Below are positions 8,346 to 17,116 of a stretch of DNA of 64,000 bases, one piece after another (within the stretch, counting starts at the first letter, position 1; each line of letters begins with the position of its first letter). Position numbers and translations under genes: made by a program. The notes below the pieces were generated by a model. That model searched no databases, was not told the origin of the DNA, and saw only the letters and a program-made list of their open reading frames with translations. This stretch comes from an uncultured Clostridia bacterium (GTDB taxonomy: Bacteria; Bacillota; Clostridia; Christensenellales; JAWKQI01): positions 25,583 through 89,582 of the forward strand of contig CAYVRJ010000002.1 in NCBI GenBank assembly GCA_964453645.1, written 5' to 3'.

Positions 8346-9053
8346 TTATTTGTTTAAAATGTTTCCATCTGTTGAGATGGTCACAATCTGCCAAGGAATC
8401 AACTTGCCGCAATCTTTCAGAGCGTTTTTCACAGCGTTTTCAATGCCACCGCAGCAGGGCACTTCCATGCGTGCAACCGTTATAGATTTGATATTGTTCA
8501 TCTTTAGGATGGCTGTGAGCTTTTCGGAATAATCTCCCTCGTCCAACTTGGGACAGCCGATAATGGTGATTTTGTTTTTCATATATTCTGCATGAAAGTT
8601 TCCGTATGCAAAGGCGGTACAGTCGGCCGCAACAAGCAGATTTGCATCATGAAAATAGGGTGCGTTGGGTGGCACCAACTTAATCTGCACAGGCCATTGA
8701 TTGAGATGGGTTTCTATAGAAGAAAGTTGCTCCTGCTTGGATTCACAGACAGTCTCTCGCTTTAAAGATTTAGAATGTGTGCCGGGGCAACCGCAGGCTA
8801 ATTTTTCAGGCTGTTTACTTTCCATATTGGCTTTGACAGCTTTCTCGTTAAAAGCATCCGCTTCCCGTTCCTCAAAGGAAATGGCTTCGGTGGGACATAC
8901 AGGCAGACAATTGCCCAAACCGTCACAGTAATCGTCCCGCAGCAGTTTCGCCTTGCCATCCACCATGCCAATGGCTCCCTCGTGGCAAGCGTTTACACAC
9001 AAGCCGCAGCCAATACACTTTTCTTCATCTATTTTGATTATTTTTCTAACCAT
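8346..9053 (-). CDS. 4Fe-4S dicluster protein with a Cys-rich C-terminal domain
   Basis: CIGCGLCVNACHEG and CDGLGNCLPVCPTE ferredoxin motifs, plus further CGCPG and PCCGG motifs. Confidence 0.7.
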   Translation of the reverse strand: MVRKIIKIDEEKCIGCGLCVNACHEGAIGMVDGKAKLLRDDYCDGLGNCLPVCPTEAISFEEREADAFNEKAVKANMESKQPEKLACGCPGTHSKSLKRETVCESKQEQLSSIETHLNQWPVQIKLVPPNAPYFHDANLLVAADCTAFAYGNFHAEYMKNKITIIGCPKLDEGDYSEKLTAILKMNNIKSITVARMEVPCCGGIENAVKNALKDCGKLIPWQIVTISTDGNILNK

Positions 9054-9110
9054 AAAACTGTCCTCCTTGTTATTATATCCTCATTGTAGTATACTGAAAG
9101 CAAAAAGTCT

Positions 9111-9124
9111 GTTGTATAAACAAC
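9111..9124. promoter_or_regulatory. Candidate Crp/Fnr-type operator (GTTGT-N4-ACAAC)
   Basis: Perfect 5-4-5 palindrome GTTGTATAAACAAC in the 85-bp divergent region between the 4Fe-4S gene and the Crp/Fnr gene. It has the geometry of the TTGAT-N4-ATCAA class. Confidence 0.3.
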
Positions 9125-9138
9125 CAACGAGGAATTTA

Positions 9139-9792
9139 TTGAAAGAAATTTTTGAAGTAATAAGACATAATCCGCTTTTTGCGGATATCGGGCTCAATGA
9201 TTTTGAAAAAATGTTTGTGTGTATTGAAGGCAGAACGCAATGTTTTAAACGAGATGATATCATCTTGCTGTTGGGTGATCCAGTTTATAACGTTGGTTTG
9301 ATTCTATCAGGCAGTGTGAAAATTATCAGCGAAGATATCAACGGCAATAGTACAATTCTCACTGAATTATCCGTTCCCGAGCTTTTTGGAGAAGTATTCG
9401 CCTGTGCAGGAATAGACCACAGCCCCGTGACGGTACAAGCTGCAAAGGACAGTGAAATTTTGTTTTTTAATTATAAAAAGATTATCGGAACCTGTTCTTC
9501 CGCTTGCACGTTTCATACAAAACTGATTGAAAATATGCTTGCAATTCTTGCAAATAAAAACTTAAAACTCAATCAAAAAGTTACAATACTGTCCCAGCGC
9601 ACCACAAGGGAAAAACTTTTCATGTTTCTTCATACACAGCGGGGAGGGGCAAAAAAGTTTACCATACCCTATAGCCGGGAAGAGATGGCGTTATATCTTT
9701 GTGTGGATCGAAGTGCAATGTCAAATGAGCTGTGTAAAATGCGAGACGAGGGGTTATTGCGGTTTAACAAAAATGAGTTTGAAATTTTATAG
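9139..9792 (+). CDS. Crp/Fnr-family transcriptional regulator
   Basis: cNMP-binding-like fold (GD.VYNVGLILSGSVKI...FGE) and a C-terminal HTH (REEMALYLCVDRSAMSNELCKM). TTG start at 9139 follows GAGGA. The ORF-track start at 8953 overlaps the divergent gene. Confidence 0.8.
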   Translation: MKEIFEVIRHNPLFADIGLNDFEKMFVCIEGRTQCFKRDDIILLLGDPVYNVGLILSGSVKIISEDINGNSTILTELSVPELFGEVFACAGIDHSPVTVQAAKDSEILFFNYKKIIGTCSSACTFHTKLIENMLAILANKNLKLNQKVTILSQRTTREKLFMFLHTQRGGAKKFTIPYSREEMALYLCVDRSAMSNELCKMRDEGLLRFNKNEFEIL

Positions 9793-9842
9793 GGATTAAA
9801 ACAACAGAGAAACAACCGGTTATAACCAATTTGCCACCGTTT

Positions 9843-9870
9843 GTGACAATCAACTTTATTATTCGCACAA
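9843..9870 (+). promoter_or_regulatory. Degenerate copy of the phased-heptad motif upstream of the LytTR operon
   Basis: GTGACAA (9843) and CGCACAA (9864) start 21 bp apart. TATTATTCGCACAA matches the proximal half of the strong boxes (TATTATCTTCACAA) at 11 of 14 positions. Confidence 0.3.
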
Positions 9871-9920
9871 ACAATGTTAAACTAAACTATGTATGGTTTG
9901 TAGCATGGGGGTGAGTTGAT

Positions 9921-10622
9921 TTGTTAAACATAGCCATATGTGATGACAACTTGTTGTTTGCACAGCAAGCTTTAAGTGAAGTTCAAAAGATACTCAGTAG
10001 CCACAATGTGGAATACACTACGACTGTTTTTCAAACCGGCAACCGATTAGTCCATGCCGGATTTTTTGATATTGTTTTCTTAGATATTGAGATGGAGGGG
10101 CTAAACGGCATTGAAACTGCCCAGCAGCTGCGCCAGCAAAAAAACAATTGCAGAATTATATTTCTAACCTCGCATCCAAAATACGTCTTTAGTGCATTTG
10201 ATGTTTGTGCAACCCACTATCTCTTAAAACCCATCGATAGGATAAAACTTGAACAAGTATTGTTAAAAATCGTACACGAACTGGCCAATGAAGAGGATCA
10301 AAACGTAACAGTCAAGATTGGAACCCAAGTTCATCGGATACCCTATGATAAGATTCAATTTGTTGAAGTGTTTGGGCGAAAGCTTTCCCTTCATACCCAA
10401 GAGGAAGTGTATACCTTTAACAGCAGTTTAGAGAAGTTTGAACAATCGTTGCCCAAGTCTTTTTTTCGTTGCCATAAGAGTTATATTTTAAATCTAACGG
10501 AAGTCAGGAAATATGATAAAGAAACGGCTGTGCTCAGGAGTGGAAAAACCGTACCCATTGCCAGGAGAAAGTTTGCCGAGTTTGGAAAGGTTTTCCTTGC
10601 ATTTCTGAAGGAGGAACGGTAA
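9921..10622 (+). CDS. LytTR-family response regulator
   Basis: Receiver domain motifs (DD, FLDIEM, LTSH, LLKP) and a C-terminal LytTR DNA-binding domain (FFRCHKSYILNL). TTG start after GGGGGTGAG. Confidence 0.9.
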   Translation: MLNIAICDDNLLFAQQALSEVQKILSSHNVEYTTTVFQTGNRLVHAGFFDIVFLDIEMEGLNGIETAQQLRQQKNNCRIIFLTSHPKYVFSAFDVCATHYLLKPIDRIKLEQVLLKIVHELANEEDQNVTVKIGTQVHRIPYDKIQFVEVFGRKLSLHTQEEVYTFNSSLEKFEQSLPKSFFRCHKSYILNLTEVRKYDKETAVLRSGKTVPIARRKFAEFGKVFLAFLKEER

Positions 10623-11917
10623 TGGATGAATTTTTGGAGATGCTTAAATCATTGCCTCTCTCTATTTTGGCACTCACCATGGAATATCGCTTGCTAAACA
10701 GAATTCTTGTGCGCAAATATTCTGCCTTTCTTACGATACTTGTGATGTTAGCTGTGGATTTGTTTGCCGGTTGGTTAAACGTGTATGCCCATTTGGCAGA
10801 CAGCATTGAAGAAAATGCCCTGTATTACGGCGCTATCGCCTTTGTCTTATACATCGTGCTCTTTAAGGGTAATTTGATTAAAAAGCTGTTTGTGGATGTG
10901 CTCATCGTTTGTGGTGTGCCCATTATCATCTATGTTTTTCTGCCCCTGATCCAATACTTTTTTGCAAAGCGGTCAGGACAGTTCATACTCGTTTTGGATA
11001 TTCTGAATTATATTTATATGCTCTTATGTCTCTTGTTTATGGAGTTCGTGGGAAGGAAATTTCAAAATCTGCGAAGAGAATTGCCAAATAACTACACGTT
11101 TTATTTATCTGCCGTGATAGTGTTTGTGTATATTGCAATTTATGCAGCATACGACCGGGTGCTCTTGATCAATGAGTTTGCCGTACCCTTCCTCCCTGCC
11201 TTGACATGCTCTGTTTTTGCAGTGATTGGAATTGTTATTGTGGGTATTGCAATCTTTGCTGTTGATCGGCAGGTGAGTGTTTCGTTAAAAGAGCAGCTGC
11301 AAGTTTTGCAAGTGAAAGAGTTAAAAAGTCGGGAAGCGGAGTGGAGAAGGTTTTCGGGGTTTCGCCACGACATCAACAATCACTTGATTTGCTTGGAAGG
11401 TTTATTGAAAAGTGCAAAAATCGAACAAGCGGTTTCGTATATGCAAAATCTAACGGATACAGTTGCACAGTTTGAAAGCCCTGTGCAGACGGGCAACGAC
11501 TATACCGATGCACTGCTCAGCTTTAAGTATTCTCAAGCAGTAACAGCAGGGATAGAGATAACTATTGAAATGGTATTTCCACAAGGGGGATTCATTGAAC
11601 CTGTGGATTTATGCTGTATTTTAAGCAACGCATTTGATAATGCAATTGCTGCATGTAACCGCTTGCAAGGCGGACAAAAGTGGATTCAAGCCCGTTCGTT
11701 TATATCTCAAGAGCAGCTTGTGATTGATATTAGAAACAGCAAACCCAGCGATGTATGTATTGTTCACGGGGAAGTCTTGCCCAAAGATATTTCACCCGAT
11801 CACGGTTTGGGACTAGATAATGTGCGGGCAGTTGTTCAAAAGTATGGCGGTATTTTAGATTTATCCGCCCATGAATTCTTTTCGTTTAGTGTTTTGCTTC
11901 CTCTGCACCACTTATGA
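10622..11917 (+). CDS. AgrC/VirS-like (HPK10-type) sensor histidine kinase
   Basis: About six N-terminal TM helices. H-box FRHDINNHL, N-box NAFDNAI, G-box DHGLGLDNV. TAATG overlap with the regulator gene. Confidence 0.85.
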   Translation: MDEFLEMLKSLPLSILALTMEYRLLNRILVRKYSAFLTILVMLAVDLFAGWLNVYAHLADSIEENALYYGAIAFVLYIVLFKGNLIKKLFVDVLIVCGVPIIIYVFLPLIQYFFAKRSGQFILVLDILNYIYMLLCLLFMEFVGRKFQNLRRELPNNYTFYLSAVIVFVYIAIYAAYDRVLLINEFAVPFLPALTCSVFAVIGIVIVGIAIFAVDRQVSVSLKEQLQVLQVKELKSREAEWRRFSGFRHDINNHLICLEGLLKSAKIEQAVSYMQNLTDTVAQFESPVQTGNDYTDALLSFKYSQAVTAGIEITIEMVFPQGGFIEPVDLCCILSNAFDNAIAACNRLQGGQKWIQARSFISQEQLVIDIRNSKPSDVCIVHGEVLPKDISPDHGLGLDNVRAVVQKYGGILDLSAHEFFSFSVLLPLHHL

Positions 11918-12028
11918 CAAAATAAATACCGCTTATAGCAAACTAGTTTATTTTTGCATCTGAATCCACGATAATTCTTATGAATGGCAAGCCTAATAGC
12001 TGTTCAAAAATATATGTGGAGGTCGATC

Positions 12029-12541
12029 ATGAAAATCTCATCGGCAGGTAATTTAGCAAACCCAATGAACACATCTTCGGGGGATCCGGTATTAAACGGT
12101 TTAATCAAAGCAAAGGAACGTTTATTAGGACAAATAGAAAAGCTTAAGACGGACAACGCAATGGACGGAAAAACAAAGCAAGAAAAAATAAAACAGTTGC
12201 AAACCCAGCTGTCCGAAATTGAAAATCAAATTCGAGAACGCCAAGCCGAGAAAATGAAAGAAGCCAAAGGTGCTGATGTTTCAAAATCAAACAAGGCTGC
12301 TCAAACGGATGAAGAAAATAAAAATAAAAAAGGTATGGGTCTAAAAGAAAGTCAACAGATTCTAAGTAGCTTAACCCCAAAGGAAAAACTTGAAAACGGC
12401 AGTGAGCAAACTGTTGATGCTGCAAATGCCGAGAACGGCCCAATGGCTAATAAATCCTTGCATAAGCTGCGGAGTTCTGAAATGCCTATCAAGAAACGGA
12501 TAGTTTTTTCTCCCAACCGCAAGCTAGACATTGAGATATAA
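12029..12541 (+). CDS. FlxA-like coiled-coil protein
   Basis: GGAGG precedes the ATG at 12029. The KQEKIKQLQTQLSEIENQIRERQAEK pattern fits my memory of FlxA-like proteins. No signal peptide. Confidence 0.5.
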   Translation: MKISSAGNLANPMNTSSGDPVLNGLIKAKERLLGQIEKLKTDNAMDGKTKQEKIKQLQTQLSEIENQIRERQAEKMKEAKGADVSKSNKAAQTDEENKNKKGMGLKESQQILSSLTPKEKLENGSEQTVDAANAENGPMANKSLHKLRSSEMPIKKRIVFSPNRKLDIEI

Positions 12542-12562
12542 AGTTAGACGAACATATTCACT

Positions 12563-12597
12563 AAGACAAGCAGGCCTTGCATGGGTCTGCTTGTCTT
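12563..12597. terminator. Hairpin between convergent genes
   Basis: AAGACAAGCAG...CTGCTTGTCTT forms an 11-bp perfect stem. No clear U-tract on either strand. Confidence 0.45.
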
Positions 12598-12633
12598 GGC
12601 AAGAGGGCATATCAATACACCATATTACATCTA

Positions 12634-13104
12634 TTAGTTGTTTTGGCTACACTTTACAGCATCGATTGCCAGCACAACCATTAGCGCAAGCAGGTTGTCA
12701 TTCTCGTTTGCAACGTCGATAATATAGGCATCCGTCCAGTTGAAAATTTGCTTTTGAATGGTTGCTACAATACGGCTGCCGCTCAAAATATTGTAATCCC
12801 ATTCCCAATAGTCACCTTTAACGCTCCAGCCGTTTAGGTTCACTTTAAAAGAAGGTTTTAAGAATGTCAATTCCTTTTGAATCTCACCCACATAATTGCC
12901 CCCAATATGGAGCTCAAACTTTGGCAGAAAGGTGAGCATACGCTCCTTCAAGGTGGCGATGTGGTTGCCCAGTGCATCATAAATTTCTAATTTGTGCCCC
13001 CATGAGAGTTTACCCCGAACGGTGAACACGGTATTCTTGTGTTCGTCATAAATATCATAACTGTCAAACCACGAAAAAAAACGCTGTTTAAATAATAACC
13101 TCAC
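12634..13104 (-). CDS. LURP-one-related (tubby C-terminal-like, DUF567) protein
   Basis: LLFKQRFFSWFDSYDIYDE...KLEIYD..GN fits the family signature. GTG start at 13104 follows GGAGGG. Confidence 0.7.
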   Translation of the reverse strand: MRLLFKQRFFSWFDSYDIYDEHKNTVFTVRGKLSWGHKLEIYDALGNHIATLKERMLTFLPKFELHIGGNYVGEIQKELTFLKPSFKVNLNGWSVKGDYWEWDYNILSGSRIVATIQKQIFNWTDAYIIDVANENDNLLALMVVLAIDAVKCSQNN

Positions 13105-13233
13105 TTTACCCTCCGCTACCGATATAATCAATTGGGTCAGTGAGGTTTATTATACAGCACAAATGTCGATTTGTCTGCCTTTTTGTATAAAAGTATAGTA
13201 TCTATTGAATGCGTGCATGCATTACAAAATAAT

Positions 13234-13602
13234 TCACCCAACAATTGTATAACCAGACTCGTTGAGACGACGTTGTGCTTTTTCAAAATCGTCACTCTTT
13301 GTGAATATATAATCTGTGTTAAAGGTTGATACAGCAAAGATTGAAATGTTCGCATTCGCCAAGATGCCAGAAATGTTGGCTAAAATACCCACTAAGGAAA
13401 AGTCGAGCATCCCTTGAATGCGAAACCCACGAAAGTGATCCTCTCGGGTTATGACATCGAAGGGGACACTCTCCGCTTTGCAAACAAGGGAAATCTCATC
13501 GTCGGTCTTGGCCACGAAACAATAGGCATCGTCAAAATTCACGTTTTTTATATGTTTGATTTTACAAACGGAAAAGTCTCCGTCTAATATTTTTAGCTCC
13601 AT
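13234..13602 (-). CDS. ACT-domain protein (ACT_7-like)
   Basis: 122 aa. The MELKILDGDFSVCK...ISLVC and GILA.ISGILA...ISIFAVSTF.TDYI patterns are ACT-like. Confidence 0.65.
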   Translation of the reverse strand: MELKILDGDFSVCKIKHIKNVNFDDAYCFVAKTDDEISLVCKAESVPFDVITREDHFRGFRIQGMLDFSLVGILANISGILANANISIFAVSTFNTDYIFTKSDDFEKAQRRLNESGYTIVG

Positions 13603-14117
13603 TACAATCCTTTCAAATTTGGTTCAATAAAGTTTTTTAGCAGAACTTTTGAAACACTGTCCTCTTCTTTAAGCTTGAGCAGCTTATCGTTGAAACGATA
13701 GGACGGCACTGCATAAAATCCAATGGTTTCCCAAACGAGTCGGTTGTTGGCGAGCAACTTGTCCTCATACTGGCCGCTTACCAGTGCTTCATAAAACAAT
13801 TTTGTATCTAAGAGACCATCCACCACACCAGTGATAACCTCCAGTTTTTCAATATCCAATTGCTGCGTAAAGGTTGCATGATACATCCTCTTGTGATATT
13901 CCAACAGATCGGCTTTGTGCTCTTTGGCAAAATAATAACCTCGTGCACATAAGTCGCTGTGAGGGCCATAGCGGTCCGGGCGGGGGTGTGCCTCACAGGG
14001 AATCCACTCGATGGCCATATTCGGATACAATGGTGCAAGCTCCATCAAAATTGCATGTCCGTCCTTGCAAAAGGGGCAGGCATAGTCGAAAAACACTTCT
14101 AATGTTGGCATAATCAA
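13602..14117 (-). CDS. Cytoplasmic DsbA-family thioredoxin-fold protein
   Basis: CPFC active-site motif near the N-terminus. No signal peptide. Confidence 0.7.
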   Translation of the reverse strand: MIMPTLEVFFDYACPFCKDGHAILMELAPLYPNMAIEWIPCEAHPRPDRYGPHSDLCARGYYFAKEHKADLLEYHKRMYHATFTQQLDIEKLEVITGVVDGLLDTKLFYEALVSGQYEDKLLANNRLVWETIGFYAVPSYRFNDKLLKLKEEDSVSKVLLKNFIEPNLKGL

Positions 14118-14126
14118 TCTCCTCTT

Positions 14127-14609
14127 TTAAATTTCAATAAAACGAATCTCATTACCGTTACTCTTCATGATTGTTAACAGATCATCAAAACTTAACCATA
14201 CAGTTGCTGTGTTCACGTTTGGGTGAACACCCACTTTTTCACAGCCCACTAAATCTTTGTCGATGATCACTTCAACTTCTGCACTTTTGTCGTTGAGTAG
14301 GCCCAACGCCGAAACTGCCCCGGGTTTAAGCCCTAAGTATTTCTCCAATCGTTCGTCGGAACCAAAGCTCAACCTGCTGCTGGGGATGGTTTTTGCAAGC
14401 TGTTTCAAATCTGCACTTTTGTCCTTTTGCAGTAATACAAGAAAATGACGTTTGCCGCTGCCATCCCGCAGGAATAAGTTTTTTGGCACTTGTCCAATGT
14501 CGCAAATGTGCAGCCGTTCCATGTCCTCGATGGTGTAAACCGGTTCATGTTCTTGCAGCTCGTATTGAATATTGTACTCGGTAAGTTTTGCTTCTATTTC
14601 GCGTATCAT
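14127..14609 (-). CDS. YbaK/ProX-type aminoacyl-tRNA deacylase domain protein
   Basis: 160 aa. Patterns KNLFLRD..GK.HFLV and GAVSALGL resemble YbaK/EbsC family members. Confidence 0.7.
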   Translation of the reverse strand: MIREIEAKLTEYNIQYELQEHEPVYTIEDMERLHICDIGQVPKNLFLRDGSGKRHFLVLLQKDKSADLKQLAKTIPSSRLSFGSDERLEKYLGLKPGAVSALGLLNDKSAEVEVIIDKDLVGCEKVGVHPNVNTATVWLSFDDLLTIMKSNGNEIRFIEI

Positions 14610-14659
14610 GTAAACTTCTAAACAATTGTGTTGAGCATATTATAAAGAATACCTATCCA

Positions 14660-15394
14660 TTAAAACAGCTTTTTCCCATCTGAAATATTGATGTCCAGTT
14701 CCTTTGCTAAGCTACCTTGCTTAAATGGATTCACTTTTTGCACGACTCCGTCACGCCTAAAAAATGACCCCGTACCCTTAAACCAAAAGGTGATGCCACT
14801 TTGAGCACACTGTTCCCGTATAGCTAAAACCCAATCATAATCACACACCCGGGCATCCCGCCCGGTTTCGCCGCTCACAGTAACGTGGTCCATTCCCTCA
14901 ACATACGGTGACAAGTCGATTGGCTCCAAGAGGGGAGAACAGGCGACAAAACGCCGTTTGATGGGATAAGATAAAAAGAGGGGCAAGCGAACGTCGGCTA
15001 TGGCTTGGTTTTCAACGGTGCAGCCAATATTGACGTTATCATAACCATCCCCCCAATCAGAGGGCAGCGATACCAAAAAACGATCGATACGCTTTGTTAA
15101 AATTAAAAAATCTAGGTCAGAGCGTTGCCGAATCATCGCCCAAGCCTCCTTGCGCCATTCATCGGCCTCGGGTATAAAAAAATCCGAGGCAAAACAAGTG
15201 GCAACAATTTTGCCGCTTGGGATTTTATATGCACCCTTTGCCGTTTTCAACAAAGGCTTATCAAATTCATCGGTTTTTTGTATAAAGTTTTGGCCATAAC
15301 GCTTAGAGTATGGCCCATAAAAATAACAATAGGTGCAACCCTCACTCACCTGATAACACCCAGTCCACGGCTCCCAGTTCATATGATACTTCAT
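14660..15394 (-). CDS. DUF5131 (phage Gp37/Gp68-like) protein
   Basis: N-terminal W.PWTGC..VSEGC.YCY motif is typical of this family. The start could instead be the internal ATG at 15382. Confidence 0.65.
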   Translation of the reverse strand: MKYHMNWEPWTGCYQVSEGCTYCYFYGPYSKRYGQNFIQKTDEFDKPLLKTAKGAYKIPSGKIVATCFASDFFIPEADEWRKEAWAMIRQRSDLDFLILTKRIDRFLVSLPSDWGDGYDNVNIGCTVENQAIADVRLPLFLSYPIKRRFVACSPLLEPIDLSPYVEGMDHVTVSGETGRDARVCDYDWVLAIREQCAQSGITFWFKGTGSFFRRDGVVQKVNPFKQGSLAKELDINISDGKKLF

Positions 15395-15514
15395 TCTGTT
15401 GTTTCGTCATCTTCTTCGTTAATCTAATATTGATGCATTCAATAGTTCCTCTAATAATACCACAATAACCCTGTTTTGTCTGTTCTTTCTCTTCAAATAT
15501 TTTTTTAATGCATA

Positions 15515-15566
15515 TTGACCGAATCGGTTTAAAATGGTATAGTAGACATAAACCAAAACGGTTTAT
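15515..15566 (+). promoter_or_regulatory. Sigma-A promoter with two inverted repeats (candidate TetR operators)
   Basis: TTGACC at 15515-15520, 17-nt spacer, extended -10 TGgTATAGT at 15535-15543. Palindrome ACCGAATCGGT overlaps the -35. ATAAACC-N5-GGTTTAT at 15548-15566 overlaps the start codon. Confidence 0.55.
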
Positions 15567-16200
15567 GGAATGGAGAAATAGTTTGGAAAAATTCTTTGCA
15601 CTGCCCAGCGAAAAACAAAACACCATAGTGGATGCCGCTATGAGGCTGTTTGGAGCTGTTGGATATAAGAAAGCATCGATTGCCGATATTGCTGCCGCTT
15701 CAGGGATTTCAAAGGCAATGGTATTCTATTATTTTGGCAGCAAAAAAGCACTGTATCTTTATCTTGTGGTGTTTGCAGGGAATACTATAAAGGCAGAAGT
15801 GGATCATCGCCTTGACAAAACTGTTACAGACTTTTTCGATAAAATTCGCTTAGCATCAGAAATTAAAATATCGGTGTTAAAAAAGTTTCCGGGAATTCTC
15901 TCGTTTTTAACTGCAATGTATTATGAAAACGATCAAGAAGTGGAAAGTCAAATAAAGCGTATCATAACAGAGAGTGAATCATTTGCCAGTTCCTTTGTTA
16001 TGGAGAGTACGGATAGACATAAATTTAAAAGTGATGTTGACCCTGAGTTGGTTTTTGAGATTTTAACAAATTATGCAGAGGGTTATATGTCTAAGCTGTC
16101 CATGCGCTCCGCAGATGACTTCGACATTTTAACAGAGCGGTTTTATCGTTGCTTGGACATGATGAAAAATAACTTTTATAAGGACGAATATTTATTTTAA
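15565..16200 (+). CDS. TetR/AcrR-family transcriptional regulator
   Basis: HTH region GYKKASIADIAAASGISKAMVFYYFGSKKALY. The start at 15565 lies downstream of the predicted promoter. The RBS is weak, so the start is uncertain. Confidence 0.8.
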   Translation: MEWRNSLEKFFALPSEKQNTIVDAAMRLFGAVGYKKASIADIAAASGISKAMVFYYFGSKKALYLYLVVFAGNTIKAEVDHRLDKTVTDFFDKIRLASEIKISVLKKFPGILSFLTAMYYENDQEVESQIKRIITESESFASSFVMESTDRHKFKSDVDPELVFEILTNYAEGYMSKLSMRSADDFDILTERFYRCLDMMKNNFYKDEYLF

Positions 16201-16215
16201 AGGAGGGATTTTCGG

Positions 16216-17088
16216 ATGAATGCGATTATTGAAACCAAGAAACTGACCAAAAGTTACGGCAGCGCAAGGGGCATTGTGGATGTGAACCTGACTGTTCAGG
16301 AGGGTGAGATTTTTGGATTTATCGGGCCAAACGGCGCTGGCAAGTCCACCACCATTCGTACATTGCTGTCCTTAATATATAAAACAAGCGGTGAAGCAAA
16401 AGTCTTTGGACTTGATTGCCACGAAAACCGAGTGGAGATTTTAAAACAGGTTGGTTATCTGCCCTCCGAGGTTTTTTATTATGACAATATGAAAGCCATT
16501 GATTTGTTCAACTATTCTGCCAGCTTTTATAATAAAGATTGTTCAAAAAAAATAAAAGAGCTTGCTAGCGCACTTGAGCTGGATTTAAATAAGAAAATCG
16601 AGGATATGAGCCTTGGCAACAAGAAAAAGGTGGGCATTGTACAAGGGCTTTTACACAGCCCCAAGCTGATTATCCTAGACGAACCCACCAGCGGTCTTGA
16701 TCCGCTCATGCAGCGCACATTCTTTGACTTAATTAAAGCAGAAAACGCAAGGGGTGCAACTGTATTATTCTCCTCCCATATTTTAAGCGAAGTGCAGCGC
16801 ATCTGTGATCGGGTTGCCATCATCAAAGAAGGGCGTATAATCAGCACCCAAAAAATTAGTGAACTTCAACAAAACTCATATAAAAAGGTTTCTTTTACGG
16901 CTAAAAGTCCCCTAAAAGATTTTAAGGTGGAGGGAGCAGTTCAGGTTGAATCCATTGGAAATACCGTTAGCTTTATTTGGAAGGGCGACTGCAACCTGCT
17001 TCTTTCGGAAATTGGCAAGCACGTTTTATCCAATATAGACATCTCCGAACCTTCGCTTGAAGAAATCTTCATGCACTACTATTCTTAA
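16216..17088 (+). CDS. ABC transporter ATP-binding protein (cassette 1)
   Basis: Walker A GPNGAGKST, signature LSLGNKKK, Walker B LIILDEPTSGLD. Confidence 0.9.
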   Translation: MNAIIETKKLTKSYGSARGIVDVNLTVQEGEIFGFIGPNGAGKSTTIRTLLSLIYKTSGEAKVFGLDCHENRVEILKQVGYLPSEVFYYDNMKAIDLFNYSASFYNKDCSKKIKELASALELDLNKKIEDMSLGNKKKVGIVQGLLHSPKLIILDEPTSGLDPLMQRTFFDLIKAENARGATVLFSSHILSEVQRICDRVAIIKEGRIISTQKISELQQNSYKKVSFTAKSPLKDFKVEGAVQVESIGNTVSFIWKGDCNLLLSEIGKHVLSNIDISEPSLEEIFMHYYS

Positions 17089-17116
17089 ATCGTCGATTGG
17101 AAAGGAGGGAGGGTTT

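Noticed and set aside
8953-9138. N-terminal 62-codon extension of the Crp/Fnr ORF in the ORF track
   Set aside because: It overlaps the divergent 4Fe-4S gene and its promoter region. The Crp-like sequence begins only after the TTG at 9139, which has a GAGGA RBS.
9793-12028. Search for AgrD-like, bacteriocin-like or other small peptide genes flanking the LytTR two-component system
   Set aside because: Hand translation of both gaps on both strands gave only ORFs of a few codons without an RBS.
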